Shown: positions 38,072 to 47,590, numbered from the stretch's first letter. The stretch is DNA of 64,000 nucleotides from an uncultured Opitutales bacterium (GCA_944389435.1 CALXMI010000052.1:544-64543), one strand, 5' to 3'. Numbers and translations are program-made. The notes: generated by a model from the sequence alone, not told the origin.

Positions 38072-38797
38072 ATGTTGAGGAGTCGAAAAAAAGGATTTAC
38101 GTTGGTTGAAGTGATTATTGCAGGAACCTTGTCGACTATTGTGTTGGCAGGCATCATGCAGTTTTTTTTAGCTCAACTCAATCAATACCGTCTTATTTCT
38201 GGGTATAATAAGTTAAATGAGTCATTGCGAATTTTCGGAAAATTCTTTGAAAAAGACGTACACAATGCATTGTCGTTTTATGTATTTTCATCAGAAGGAA
38301 ACTCTACGACTTCGGGAACGGCTTTGAATTTTACAAAAGCAAATATGTCGTCATACACCTTTCCTAAGGTTGGCAATTGTCTACTGCTGATTGAAGAACG
38401 CGGTATGATTTCTGGAGGCCGAGGCACGCTCTATTACGTAGGTTCATCCATCGTTAGAAATGGACAGCTGTGTTATCCGCTTTACAGGACGCTTGTTACC
38501 TTTAATACATCCAATAAGATCGCAGAGACGGCATCTAGTTTTTCCAACCTTCCTGTTGCCTACTTAAAGCCAAATGCCGATGAAACGGGGCCTGTAACCT
38601 TTTTCAGTTACGGTGGATCCACAGGGATTTTTTACTTAAATTCGCGAAAAATGATCGATACTGAGGGCATTTACACCCCTGGATGCCGTCATGGAGTTTA
38701 TTTTAAAGGCACTATGCTTGAACCAGGCTTACATGGGCAATCCGCTGAGTTGACGACGCAGTTTTGTTTTTTCTCGCGCAATCCAAGATTCCTGTAA
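38072..38797 (+). CDS. Prepilin-type (class III signal) minor-pilin-like protein, GspJ/PilW-sized
   Basis: An ATG at 38072 is preceded by 'aagagg'. 'MLRSRKKG/FTLVEVIIAGTLSTIVLAG' has Gly-1 and Glu+5. The track start (GTG at 37949) lies inside the gap terminator and is rejected. Confidence 0.8.
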   Translation: MLRSRKKGFTLVEVIIAGTLSTIVLAGIMQFFLAQLNQYRLISGYNKLNESLRIFGKFFEKDVHNALSFYVFSSEGNSTTSGTALNFTKANMSSYTFPKVGNCLLLIEERGMISGGRGTLYYVGSSIVRNGQLCYPLYRTLVTFNTSNKIAETASSFSNLPVAYLKPNADETGPVTFFSYGGSTGIFYLNSRKMIDTEGIYTPGCRHGVYFKGTMLEPGLHGQSAELTTQFCFFSRNPRFL

Positions 38798-38838
38798 ATT
38801 GGCTTGCTAAAACGGCCATTATTTTTATAGCGTAAAGC

Positions 38839-40014
38839 ATGTTGTTTTTTTGCAAGGTGTTCAGCACGCATGAAATCTGGAAGTGGCGTTGCGTCTTTGC
38901 ATCTTCACATCGTCAATGTTTACGCAAGTTGCTGGGCAGAAACGACTACTGCAGTCAGGTTTTTAGCGTAGGCGATATTTTTGAAAAAATTTTTAAAAGG
39001 CTTGATTTACCCCCCATTCAAGAGAAGCATTGGCTTATCTTTTTTGAAAAATTACGCGCTCAACTTTCTACATCCATATCTCTGATAAATGCTTTACGGC
39101 AAATGGCGGATATGCCTTTTAACCATTCTTTGCAGTATTTTATCGCCAAGGCCATTGATCGTCTTTCGAACGGCTTTTACATGTATCCCTTATTGAGCGA
39201 TCCGCGATTAAACTTGGGCCAGCAGTCGATAAAGCTTTTGCAATCGGCGGAAGTCGGCGGTTATCTGCCGCAAGCCTTAGAACGACTGATAGAGCTTATG
39301 CATCTACAGCAAAAAATCCGAAAGCAAATGCTACAGAGTCTTATTTATCCAACCTGCGTTTTAGTGACCATCGTTGTATTTTTACTACTGATGAGTTCTT
39401 TTTTACTCCCTCAGTTTGAGGCATTTTTTATCCAACAAAGCATACCGATAAATGATTTTTTGAGCTTTTTATTCCACTCAAACCGCCACTTAGGCAAAGT
39501 TTTTATGATCGCCGGTGTAGGTTTTTGCGGGTTGTATCTCTGGATGAAGACTAAAAAAATTTCTGTACAAAATGGACTTAATCGTCTCTTAAGCCATTGG
39601 TTCCCGTCTTTTAAGTATACACTGTTCGCAATGAATTTAGCTGAGCTTTTAGAAAACCAAATACCGCTACTTGAATGTTTAACCTTAGCTGCGGAAAATT
39701 TGCCCAAAAAGTTCTCTGTCGATAAAATGTCTGTTGCTTTATCGAATGGCATACGGCTGTCTATGGCTTTAGAAGACTTGCCTGAGGATTTTTCTCACGT
39801 CTTACAAACATCTGAGGTTGACAATCGATTGATACAAAATCTACGGCAATTATCTGCGGATTATTACAAGCGTTACGAAAATCAGTTGCTAGGGTTATCC
39901 AAATGGCTCGAACCAGTTAGCATTTTGCTCATGGCATTGATTTTGTTTTTAGCAGTCGCCTGTTTGTTTTACCCCCTACTGCAGGTTTTTCAGTCAATGA
40001 AGTTCGAGCTATAA
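38839..40014 (+). CDS. gspF: GspF/PilC-family inner-membrane platform protein
   Basis: 391 aa. It has two T2SSF-like repeats, each ending in TM segments ('...LIYPTCVLVTIVVFLLLMSSFLLPQF', '...LEPVSILLMALILFLAVACLFYPLLQVF'). Confidence 0.85.
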   Translation: MLFFCKVFSTHEIWKWRCVFASSHRQCLRKLLGRNDYCSQVFSVGDIFEKIFKRLDLPPIQEKHWLIFFEKLRAQLSTSISLINALRQMADMPFNHSLQYFIAKAIDRLSNGFYMYPLLSDPRLNLGQQSIKLLQSAEVGGYLPQALERLIELMHLQQKIRKQMLQSLIYPTCVLVTIVVFLLLMSSFLLPQFEAFFIQQSIPINDFLSFLFHSNRHLGKVFMIAGVGFCGLYLWMKTKKISVQNGLNRLLSHWFPSFKYTLFAMNLAELLENQIPLLECLTLAAENLPKKFSVDKMSVALSNGIRLSMALEDLPEDFSHVLQTSEVDNRLIQNLRQLSADYYKRYENQLLGLSKWLEPVSILLMALILFLAVACLFYPLLQVFQSMKFEL

Positions 40015-40095
40015 TCACCGTAAAGTGTCATGAATTTTATTTGATTCTTACTTTAGGTATTGCAAATTATTTCATATACATTAGAATTTATTATA

Positions 40096-42822
40096 ATGGA
40101 CATTCGTTATACCCGAAGGAAGCGACACCGTGGAAATGTCGTTTTTACTTCATTGATTTTTTTATTTATCTTAACAGGAACGTTACGCCTATGCGTTAAC
40201 AAAACGCTTCTTGAAAGTCGCCAGACATCCCTATTTATTCAAGAAACGCAAGCATATTACCTATCCGAAAATTTGATGTCCCTAGGTCGCGACTACGTTT
40301 ATCAAATGATGCAAAATCCTAGAGAAACCAACATTTTCTTAGGTACAACTGCGTTTTACGACAAAGATAAATCGATAACAGCAAACGGCATCATTGATTT
40401 CAATGGATCGCTCAGCAAGCAGCAAATTGTACCCGACGATTTCCCGTTACAAATAGAAGATAATTCTTGGAGCATAAAAGGCGGTCCTGTTTTCTGGCAA
40501 AGCAACAACAAAAACATCAACGACGAACGCTATTTATCGGAAATTTACCTTATAGGCAAATTCGATGTCAATTCTGCTTTCATGAACGATTGGACCTATC
40601 GTATGGTACAAACCATAGAAATCGAACGTAATCCTCTGTGCGATTTTTCCCTTTATGCCGAAGGAGATTTGGCTATACGAGTACAAAATGTTACAGACAC
40701 CACTTTTGAAAAACCTGTACAAATCAACGGAAATGCACGTTATTATAGGATACACACACAAGATCAAGCTAAAGGCTTCGGTCGTAGTACAAGCAGCTTC
40801 AATATTGCAGGACATTTTCTAAGAATTAACGAAAACGATACAACATCCACCTTTAGCTCTATAAAAATTCCAGATAAGTATTGTTTGTACGACAATAGCT
40901 CCTTTTACGATAACTTTAAAAACCCTTACTTGCCTAAAAGTGCTGGCAAGTATTATTCTTCTTTTCATCTTCTCGACAAGGAACTTTTAAACTATTACAG
41001 TAATGCAACCAATCCTGCTTATAAAAACTATGAACATTATATCTATAAAACCTTTAAAGGCAAATTTTTGACACGCAGCCGTATTTATCGCCCATGTGGG
41101 TTTGATCCAGAAAACGACTGGGGCTATTGGTGGCCGATCGAAGATGGCGGAAAATCGGCTAATGCTCGTCTGTTGGACTACGTGACCGGCATGCATAACC
41201 TAACCGACTCTTCGAAAGTAAGCAGTTCTAGGATCTTTACCAACCGAATAGGAAACATTAAAACTGCATTTAGTTCTTTGAGAGGATTAAATGAGTATCA
41301 ATTGACCGAAAAAGCTCGATTGGTTGAAATGCAAAAATTATGCAATCATCCGCATCTTCAATTAAAACTATTAATTTCCTTCTCCGAAAGCACCGGTATA
41401 TCCACTACAGTCGACACCTTTTACACACGCTATGGGTTAAGTTGTTGCAAGTCAGCTGAAAATAATACCTTTGCTCCTAATCCCATCTTTCATCCAGCAA
41501 AAGATAATATCTTTATCAGTCGTTACTATGCTCTGATAAATCAGAAAAAGTATATTTATGATGCAAGTATGCGTTACTCTGAAGATGAAGGTGTTGCTTT
41601 TTATAAAACAAATGAAAATAACATACCTACAGCAAGTAACAGCATCGAATCTAATTACTATTTTAATAAAATAGACAATGGAAAATTATGTTGTCATACA
41701 AAAAGTAAAGACCCAACCTACACGGGTGAAGTTTATTACAATACAACCTATAACACCACACCAACTTCTTCAACAGATATTAATTTCGGCCCACATAAGC
41801 TCGTTGAATCGACTGAAAATTATAATCACTGGGAACCAGATGCAACCGCCACACCCGTTGTGCCAGATTCCAATACGCCCATTTTCATGTACGACCGAAA
41901 TCGTGCAAAATGGATACAAATTATCGACATTGATGTTGCTAAATTATGTAACATAAGCTCAGACAATTGGAAAATTTACAATCATACTTTAGCCGTTAAC
42001 ACATATTGGGTTGGAGCAAACCTAGGGCCACGTAATTATACAGTAGGCACAAACGATATTAGAAAAAATTATATCACAAATCGAACAAATGAAACCTCTT
42101 TTACACCTAAAAACACTAACGTTATTGATATTGGCGTTCGCCTCATTAACGCATCAAAGATTCCAACAGGTGGCTTAACGATTTGGTGCCCTTATCCGCT
42201 CTATATTAAAGGGGATTTTAATACTACCGATACACAGCCAGCTTTCATCGTAACTGATTCCTTAACTGTTTTAACGAATTCCTGGGCAGATTGGCGAAGC
42301 ATGGTAGATCCCTACGATAGTTACTTCAACAACATGACAGGACTGTATTCCTATCGCTCACAAACACCACCTACCATCAAAGCCCATATTATGACTGGCC
42401 GCACCCATCCGAATTACTGGCTCACCAGCGATAAATCTAAAATTTCTCCGGACGGTGGCCATCGCGAAGCCATTCGTACACTAGAACCCATGAACGACGT
42501 TATACCCTTGTACGGCTCATTGCTGTTGCCGTATTATTGCAAAGAACAATGGGAGCCACCGATCAACTTTCAAAAATGGGAAACGGCTGGTTTCTATCCC
42601 TGTTGTTTAGAGCTTCACTCCTTAGACACAAAGATCCCAGCTGGAATGACGTTTTACCACAAGGTTAATCGTGGCCGTAAAACTCAGGCCATTGGCCCAA
42701 CTACGTACAGCATCCTCGAAGGCAGTACACTTTGGAGTAAGGATTGGTCAAATATCAGCAACGTATTTTCATCCTACCACAACGCTTTGCCAAATTACCT
42801 AAAATACGAAACCGCCCCGTAG
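40096..42822 (+). CDS. 908-aa protein with a PilX-N-like uncleaved N-terminal anchor; otherwise unknown (candidate filament tip/cap protein)
   Basis: The ATG at 40096 gives 'MDIRYTRRKRHRGNVVFTSLIFLFILTGTLRL' (basic stretch plus hydrophobic helix, no G/F cleavage motif). The body is rich in N, Y and T. The C-terminal region contains 'GGLTIWCPYPLYIKGDFNTTDTQPAFIVTDSLTVLTNSWADW'. Confidence 0.8.
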   Translation: MDIRYTRRKRHRGNVVFTSLIFLFILTGTLRLCVNKTLLESRQTSLFIQETQAYYLSENLMSLGRDYVYQMMQNPRETNIFLGTTAFYDKDKSITANGIIDFNGSLSKQQIVPDDFPLQIEDNSWSIKGGPVFWQSNNKNINDERYLSEIYLIGKFDVNSAFMNDWTYRMVQTIEIERNPLCDFSLYAEGDLAIRVQNVTDTTFEKPVQINGNARYYRIHTQDQAKGFGRSTSSFNIAGHFLRINENDTTSTFSSIKIPDKYCLYDNSSFYDNFKNPYLPKSAGKYYSSFHLLDKELLNYYSNATNPAYKNYEHYIYKTFKGKFLTRSRIYRPCGFDPENDWGYWWPIEDGGKSANARLLDYVTGMHNLTDSSKVSSSRIFTNRIGNIKTAFSSLRGLNEYQLTEKARLVEMQKLCNHPHLQLKLLISFSESTGISTTVDTFYTRYGLSCCKSAENNTFAPNPIFHPAKDNIFISRYYALINQKKYIYDASMRYSEDEGVAFYKTNENNIPTASNSIESNYYFNKIDNGKLCCHTKSKDPTYTGEVYYNTTYNTTPTSSTDINFGPHKLVESTENYNHWEPDATATPVVPDSNTPIFMYDRNRAKWIQIIDIDVAKLCNISSDNWKIYNHTLAVNTYWVGANLGPRNYTVGTNDIRKNYITNRTNETSFTPKNTNVIDIGVRLINASKIPTGGLTIWCPYPLYIKGDFNTTDTQPAFIVTDSLTVLTNSWADWRSMVDPYDSYFNNMTGLYSYRSQTPPTIKAHIMTGRTHPNYWLTSDKSKISPDGGHREAIRTLEPMNDVIPLYGSLLLPYYCKEQWEPPINFQKWETAGFYPCCLELHSLDTKIPAGMTFYHKVNRGRKTQAIGPTTYSILEGSTLWSKDWSNISNVFSSYHNALPNYLKYETAP

Positions 42823-43902
42823 CTCGCTAAAAAGCTTTTCTGTGAAGGATAACGTACGCGGAGGAACTTCTGTCCAAGATTGAAAAAGAATGCCTCGTAA
42901 AAACGTCCGCTGCAAATCTTCCGCATATCCGAAGTTTTTCAAACGCTGGATAACCTCTCGTACAGAACCTGCGTGAAAGGTTGCTAACGTACAATGGCCT
43001 GTTATCGATGCATTAACTGCCAACTTTAGTTGTTGCGGTGTACGAATTTCTCCAATGCCCACCACATCGATAGCCTGCCTTAAAACATTACGCAGCAACT
43101 GTGGCGCGGTCTCGTTTGAAAGCTTGATCTGAACAAGAGAGGGCTGTGGTAATTCTATAGGGTCTTCCAAACTTAACACACGCTTATGATCTAACGTTTT
43201 TAATAAGCGATAATAGGATGTTGTCTTACCATTACCAATGGGGCCCGAAATAAGCCATAACCCTAACCCGCATCCTTTGAATGCAGCTGCAAATTTTGTC
43301 CGGAGCAACCCATCTTGGTAATCGGCTTCCGTACGTTTTTCAGAAAGTAATCGAACAACAAAACTTTCGCCATGTAAACACGGAAGGGTAGACACACGAC
43401 AACTCATGCTATCGTTGGGTAAAAACACCTGAAATTGGCCATTTTGTGGATGTAACCGATCCGTAGTATTCAGACTGGCCTTCAATTTTATGAGATTCTC
43501 AAAAGCTTTTTGCGTGGATTGATCAACCGACTTAAAACGTAGCAGTCGCCCTTGCCGTCTTATATAGATGGTCGCCCCTTTCGCATTTGGAATAAAATGC
43601 ACATCTGAAGCCTGCTGATAAAAACTCTCTTGTAAGATTTGCGTAAGCTGCTTAGAAATGGGTTTTACGCTATGATCCGTATCAGAAACATCGTTAAAAC
43701 AAGCCATTTTGAGCTCATCAGCAAAGACTTTGTTGTCAATATATTCCAGTAAAACCTCTTTGCCGTAAAATTGACTTAAGTAATGGACCATCTGCACAGT
43801 TTGTGGCGTTATAGGCTGCCTAACTTTACAAAGCATCTGATCCCTGTCAATGTGCACAGGGATGATTCCTGCCTTATTCAAGCAATGTTTACTCAATTGC
43901 AT
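42799..43902 (-). CDS. Short GspE/PilB/ComGA-type secretion ATPase (copy 2)
   Basis: 367 aa. Walker A 'GPIGNGKTT', 'LSLEDPIE', 'DVVGIGEIR', His box 'TGHCTLATFHAGS'. There is no C-terminal Cys4 domain. It converges on and overlaps the 908-aa gene by 24 nt. Confidence 0.85.
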   Translation of the reverse strand: MQLSKHCLNKAGIIPVHIDRDQMLCKVRQPITPQTVQMVHYLSQFYGKEVLLEYIDNKVFADELKMACFNDVSDTDHSVKPISKQLTQILQESFYQQASDVHFIPNAKGATIYIRRQGRLLRFKSVDQSTQKAFENLIKLKASLNTTDRLHPQNGQFQVFLPNDSMSCRVSTLPCLHGESFVVRLLSEKRTEADYQDGLLRTKFAAAFKGCGLGLWLISGPIGNGKTTSYYRLLKTLDHKRVLSLEDPIELPQPSLVQIKLSNETAPQLLRNVLRQAIDVVGIGEIRTPQQLKLAVNASITGHCTLATFHAGSVREVIQRLKNFGYAEDLQRTFLRGILFQSWTEVPPRTLSFTEKLFSELRGGFVF

Positions 43903-43916
43903 GCAACAACCCTAAA

Positions 43917-44594
43917 TCAACGTACATAACGCTCTAAAACCTTGCCTAACACAAGCCATTGTTTAGGCTCAGGCTTTTCAAGAACAACTTGCGTACCCAT
44001 GAAATTAAAAACAAGCCGTATTAAGGCCAGATGCAGCCCTGTCGAAATTGGGCTATTCGTTGACTTCTTTACGGACGACTTCAAATCTTCCAAATATACC
44101 CAATGCGGACACGGAATCCATAGATCATCACCTAAAATATCAAAAAAAGTAAAATGTGAATGAGTTTGAATTTGCTGTGGCCTTAAAAACTTTGTTGTCG
44201 CTAATACCGATAGGTAAGGCCCATATTCACCTTGAATCCTAAAGTTCGTAAACGTCTTTTTGCCATTTTTGTTTGGATAAGAACGCTGCTTGCAAGCATC
44301 CCAAGCAATCGACAGGTCGCAAGTCCAATCCTTCGGACCGGCTGTATGTCTTTTCCCTACGCACGCAAATGTAAAAGTTAATTGATCCGAACCGTAAGCG
44401 TTTTTCAAGCAATCACGCGCATCTAAAGTTTTTGCCAACAACAAGAAACCGTTAACATCCGCATCCAATGCATAAATGCAGGAAAATTTTGATCCCCGAC
44501 GATCCCTCTTAAACTGTTGCAAAACAGCTTCTGTGGAAACGCCAGGTTTTTTATCCACACAGACCCATTCGGGTGTCTCGGATAAAATTTCCAT
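43917..44594 (-). CDS. RluA-family pseudouridine-synthase-like protein with a divergent motif II
   Basis: 225 aa. 'WVCVDKKPGVS', 'IYALDADVNGFLLLAKT' (versus 'HRLDxxTSG'), 'LRPQQIQTH' (versus 'GRxHQIRxH'). The catalytic Asp is retained. There is no S4 domain. Confidence 0.65.
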   Translation of the reverse strand: MEILSETPEWVCVDKKPGVSTEAVLQQFKRDRRGSKFSCIYALDADVNGFLLLAKTLDARDCLKNAYGSDQLTFTFACVGKRHTAGPKDWTCDLSIAWDACKQRSYPNKNGKKTFTNFRIQGEYGPYLSVLATTKFLRPQQIQTHSHFTFFDILGDDLWIPCPHWVYLEDLKSSVKKSTNSPISTGLHLALIRLVFNFMGTQVVLEKPEPKQWLVLGKVLERYVR

Positions 44595-45341
44595 CTATGA
44601 TTCTAGATTGAGCGATGGATCCATTTCGTAATTGGTATAGACTTCTTTTACGTCTTCCAAATCGTCAAGACGCTCAACTAACTTAAGCAATTTCGTGCCC
44701 AAATCGGCATCATTGACAGGGACCATTGTCACAGGCAAATAGACTAAGTCAGCTGATTCAGTTTCCAATTGTGCATCCTCAAAGGCTTTCGAAACCGTGT
44801 AAAAATCGGAAGGACTGCAGATCACCTCATAGTAATCATCCTCAGTCGTAACATCTTCCGCACCCGCATCCAAGGCTATTTCTAACAAGCGATCTTCGTC
44901 AATTTTGTCCTTCGCGACAAGGAATTGGCCCTTGCGCTGAAACGTAAAAGCCAAAGCGCCTGAATTGGCCATATTGCCACCACACTTAGAAAATGCATTA
45001 CGAACTTCCGAAACTGCACGATTCTTATTGTCGGTTGTCACCTCAACAATAAAACCAACACCGCCAGGGCCATAACCTTCATAAATCAGCTCTTCGACTT
45101 GAAGACCAGGAATTTCACCGGCTCCTTTCTGAATGGCCTTCTGAATGTTATCGTTTGGCATGTTCGCTGACTTCGCTTTCGCCAATAGCGTACGCAGTTG
45201 AGGATTAAAATCAGGATTTTTACCACCTGTCTTAACCGCCAGTGTAATTTCTTTACCGATGATACTAAACATTTTCCCGCGCTTAGCATCCACAAGGGCT
45301 TTATGCCTCTTAATTGTAGACCATTTACTATGTCCTGACAT
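44595..45341 (-). CDS. yebC: YebC/PmpR-family transcriptional regulator
   Basis: 'MSGHSKWSTIKRHKA...DAKRGK'. 248 aa. Confidence 0.95.
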   Translation of the reverse strand: MSGHSKWSTIKRHKALVDAKRGKMFSIIGKEITLAVKTGGKNPDFNPQLRTLLAKAKSANMPNDNIQKAIQKGAGEIPGLQVEELIYEGYGPGGVGFIVEVTTDNKNRAVSEVRNAFSKCGGNMANSGALAFTFQRKGQFLVAKDKIDEDRLLEIALDAGAEDVTTEDDYYEVICSPSDFYTVSKAFEDAQLETESADLVYLPVTMVPVNDADLGTKLLKLVERLDDLEDVKEVYTNYEMDPSLNLES

Positions 45342-45347
45342 GATAAA

Positions 45348-46988
45348 TTAATGTTTCAGAGGTTCAGGTTGAACGTTTTTCATCATTCGATTCGTCAACC
45401 ATTGTTGAAAAATTGTAAAAAGATTTTGTACGGTCCAATATAGGATTAAAGCCGCCGGAAAACTATAACAGAACACCAGAAATATGAATGGCATCCACTT
45501 GATAATTTTCTGTTGCATGCCATCCATTGAAGGCGTCGGCGTAATCCGCATCTGAACAAACATGGTAATACCCATCAATAACGGTAAAATGTTAATGGGG
45601 AAACTGCCCCAATACGCAATCGTATCCGGTACTGACAAATCCTTTATCCATAAAAACGATTGAAAACGAATCTCCGACGATGTTCTCAGCATGTAGTACA
45701 ATCCGATAAAAATAGGAATTTGAATAAATATCGGCAAGCAACCCGCTGCCGGATTAATCTTGTTTTCCTTAAACAACTTCATCGTTTCCATTTGCAATTT
45801 CTGCGGATTCGCTTTATATTTTTCACGAATTTGCTTCAAAGGAACCTGTATGCTGGCCATTTTTTTGGACGATCGCAATTGCGCTTGGGTAATCGGCCAC
45901 ATAAGCATTTTTATGATAATGGTGAGCAAAATGATCGTCCAACCCCAATTCGGAATGAGGGCGTGAATACCTCGCATCGACATCAATAAAATTTTGCTAA
46001 CGGCGCCAAAAAATCCAAACTGCATCAGCTGATCTTGCCCTTCACCCATTTTATCAAGCAGCATAAAATCCTTAGGCCCCACAAAATAATCAGAAGCGAT
46101 ACGAACATCTGATCCTGTCAGCTCAAACTTTACCAATCCGTCTAAAAAACGGCACCCTTCAACATTGCGCGGGAAAGTCAAGTAGCCATCCACAGACTTC
46201 TTAGGCGTTAAAATAGCTGTAAAAAACTGATTCTTCAAGGCCACCCAACGAGCCGGTTGTTCTTTTTTCAAATAGGAATGGGCGCCATGCCGACCGATAC
46301 CTAAAAAACCATTGCTGGCCTCAAAATCAGCCATACGCTTAAACTGAACCTTTTTACCATCAAATACAGCAAAATTCAAATATTCCAAGTATTTGTCGCC
46401 AGGCGTATCAGGCATCGTTCCCAAATACAGCCAGACGCTATCATGCGTAAAGTTCGACTGACGAATCGCAAATTCATTACGAATCGTGTAGGGATTGCGT
46501 GCATCGGATTTCTCAATCTGATAGCCACGGACCACAACCGTTCCATCAGGCAGTTCGGCGCTGAATTGAATAAAATGATCTGTTTGCGCCGTTATTTTAA
46601 AATCCGTCGTCCAAGGATGTTTGGGATCCCAAGCTAACGTTAAGGCCGGATAAGTCGCCTGTTGGTTAAAAATATAAGACCGTATGCCCGATATATCGGC
46701 CGAAAAACGCTTCATTTCAACCGAATGAATAGCACCACCTAATAAAAAAAAATGAACCTTTATGAAGGCATTTTCAAGCGTAACCATTTGCGATGGATTA
46801 AACGAAGGCAGCTTGTAAGAAGTTCCCATCCCCTCCATGGGAACCTCCGCTTTCACAGGAGTTTCAGCGGTCTTCTCAACATTTGCAGATGACTGCAATT
46901 GCTCGCGCAACTTTCTTTCTTGATTAGAAAACAAGAAAAAAGCAGCCGATAAACATAAAAGACCCAATATAAAATTTTTCTTATCCAT
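45348..46988 (-). CDS. yidC: Membrane protein insertase YidC
   Basis: 546 aa. N-terminal anchor, a large periplasmic domain, and the conserved core 'MQFGFFG...NWGWTIILLTIIIKMLMWPIT...GCLPIFIQIPIFIGLY'. Confidence 0.95.
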   Translation of the reverse strand: MDKKNFILGLLCLSAAFFLFSNQERKLREQLQSSANVEKTAETPVKAEVPMEGMGTSYKLPSFNPSQMVTLENAFIKVHFFLLGGAIHSVEMKRFSADISGIRSYIFNQQATYPALTLAWDPKHPWTTDFKITAQTDHFIQFSAELPDGTVVVRGYQIEKSDARNPYTIRNEFAIRQSNFTHDSVWLYLGTMPDTPGDKYLEYLNFAVFDGKKVQFKRMADFEASNGFLGIGRHGAHSYLKKEQPARWVALKNQFFTAILTPKKSVDGYLTFPRNVEGCRFLDGLVKFELTGSDVRIASDYFVGPKDFMLLDKMGEGQDQLMQFGFFGAVSKILLMSMRGIHALIPNWGWTIILLTIIIKMLMWPITQAQLRSSKKMASIQVPLKQIREKYKANPQKLQMETMKLFKENKINPAAGCLPIFIQIPIFIGLYYMLRTSSEIRFQSFLWIKDLSVPDTIAYWGSFPINILPLLMGITMFVQMRITPTPSMDGMQQKIIKWMPFIFLVFCYSFPAALILYWTVQNLFTIFQQWLTNRMMKNVQPEPLKH

Positions 46989-46994
46989 AGCAAA

Positions 46995-47273
46995 TCAAGG
47001 GACAGGATCGTAACCTCCTTGTCCAAAAGGATGACAGCGCATGAGGCGCTTTACAATATACTTACAAGCTTGTTTAAACGGAAACTTGCGTAAACACTGC
47101 AGTGCATATTCCGAACAAGTTGGCGTAAACCGACAACCTACTTGAAATCCGAAACATACATGTAGAATGTGTTGAAGCGGCGAAACAAACATTTTGTACA
47201 AAATAACAAAACAAATGGCGCCACGATTACACCATCCATCCACATCTTTATTCTGCCAGTTTATAGAAACCAT
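46995..47273 (-). CDS. yidD: Membrane protein insertion efficiency factor YidD
   Basis: 'ILYKMFVSP...GCRFTPTCSEYA...RLMRCHPFGQGGYDPVP'. It overlaps the rnpA 3' end by 26 nt. Confidence 0.9.
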   Translation of the reverse strand: MVSINWQNKDVDGWCNRGAICFVILYKMFVSPLQHILHVCFGFQVGCRFTPTCSEYALQCLRKFPFKQACKYIVKRLMRCHPFGQGGYDPVP

Positions 47274-47580
47274 CTTCTAAGTTTTTTTTCAGATCGGCAA
47301 ATTGCATTTGCACAACACTTGGATGCTTCGCCACGACCAAAATATCGCAAGGATTGGGCAACAATGTCACAATTGAACCAAATAAATTCCGAACACGTCG
47401 CTTAAACTTGTTACGTTCGACCGCACATCCCATTCGTCGCGAAACCACGATCCCCATACGATATCCGGAAGCGACAGAGCGTAAACAATAAACGGCTAAA
47501 CCACGTAAACGGAGCATTTTACCTTGCTCGTATAAACGCTTAAAATCGTTGCTTTTGCAGATTCTCTGGTCTTTGTTCAC
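47248..47580 (-). CDS. rnpA: RNase P protein component
   Basis: 110 aa, basic. 'FKRLYEQGK', 'VVSRRMGCAVERNKFKRRVR'. It lies between rpmH and yidD. Confidence 0.9.
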   Translation of the reverse strand: MNKDQRICKSNDFKRLYEQGKMLRLRGLAVYCLRSVASGYRMGIVVSRRMGCAVERNKFKRRVRNLFGSIVTLLPNPCDILVVAKHPSVVQMQFADLKKNLEDGFYKLAE

Positions 47581-47590
47581 ACGAAATCCA

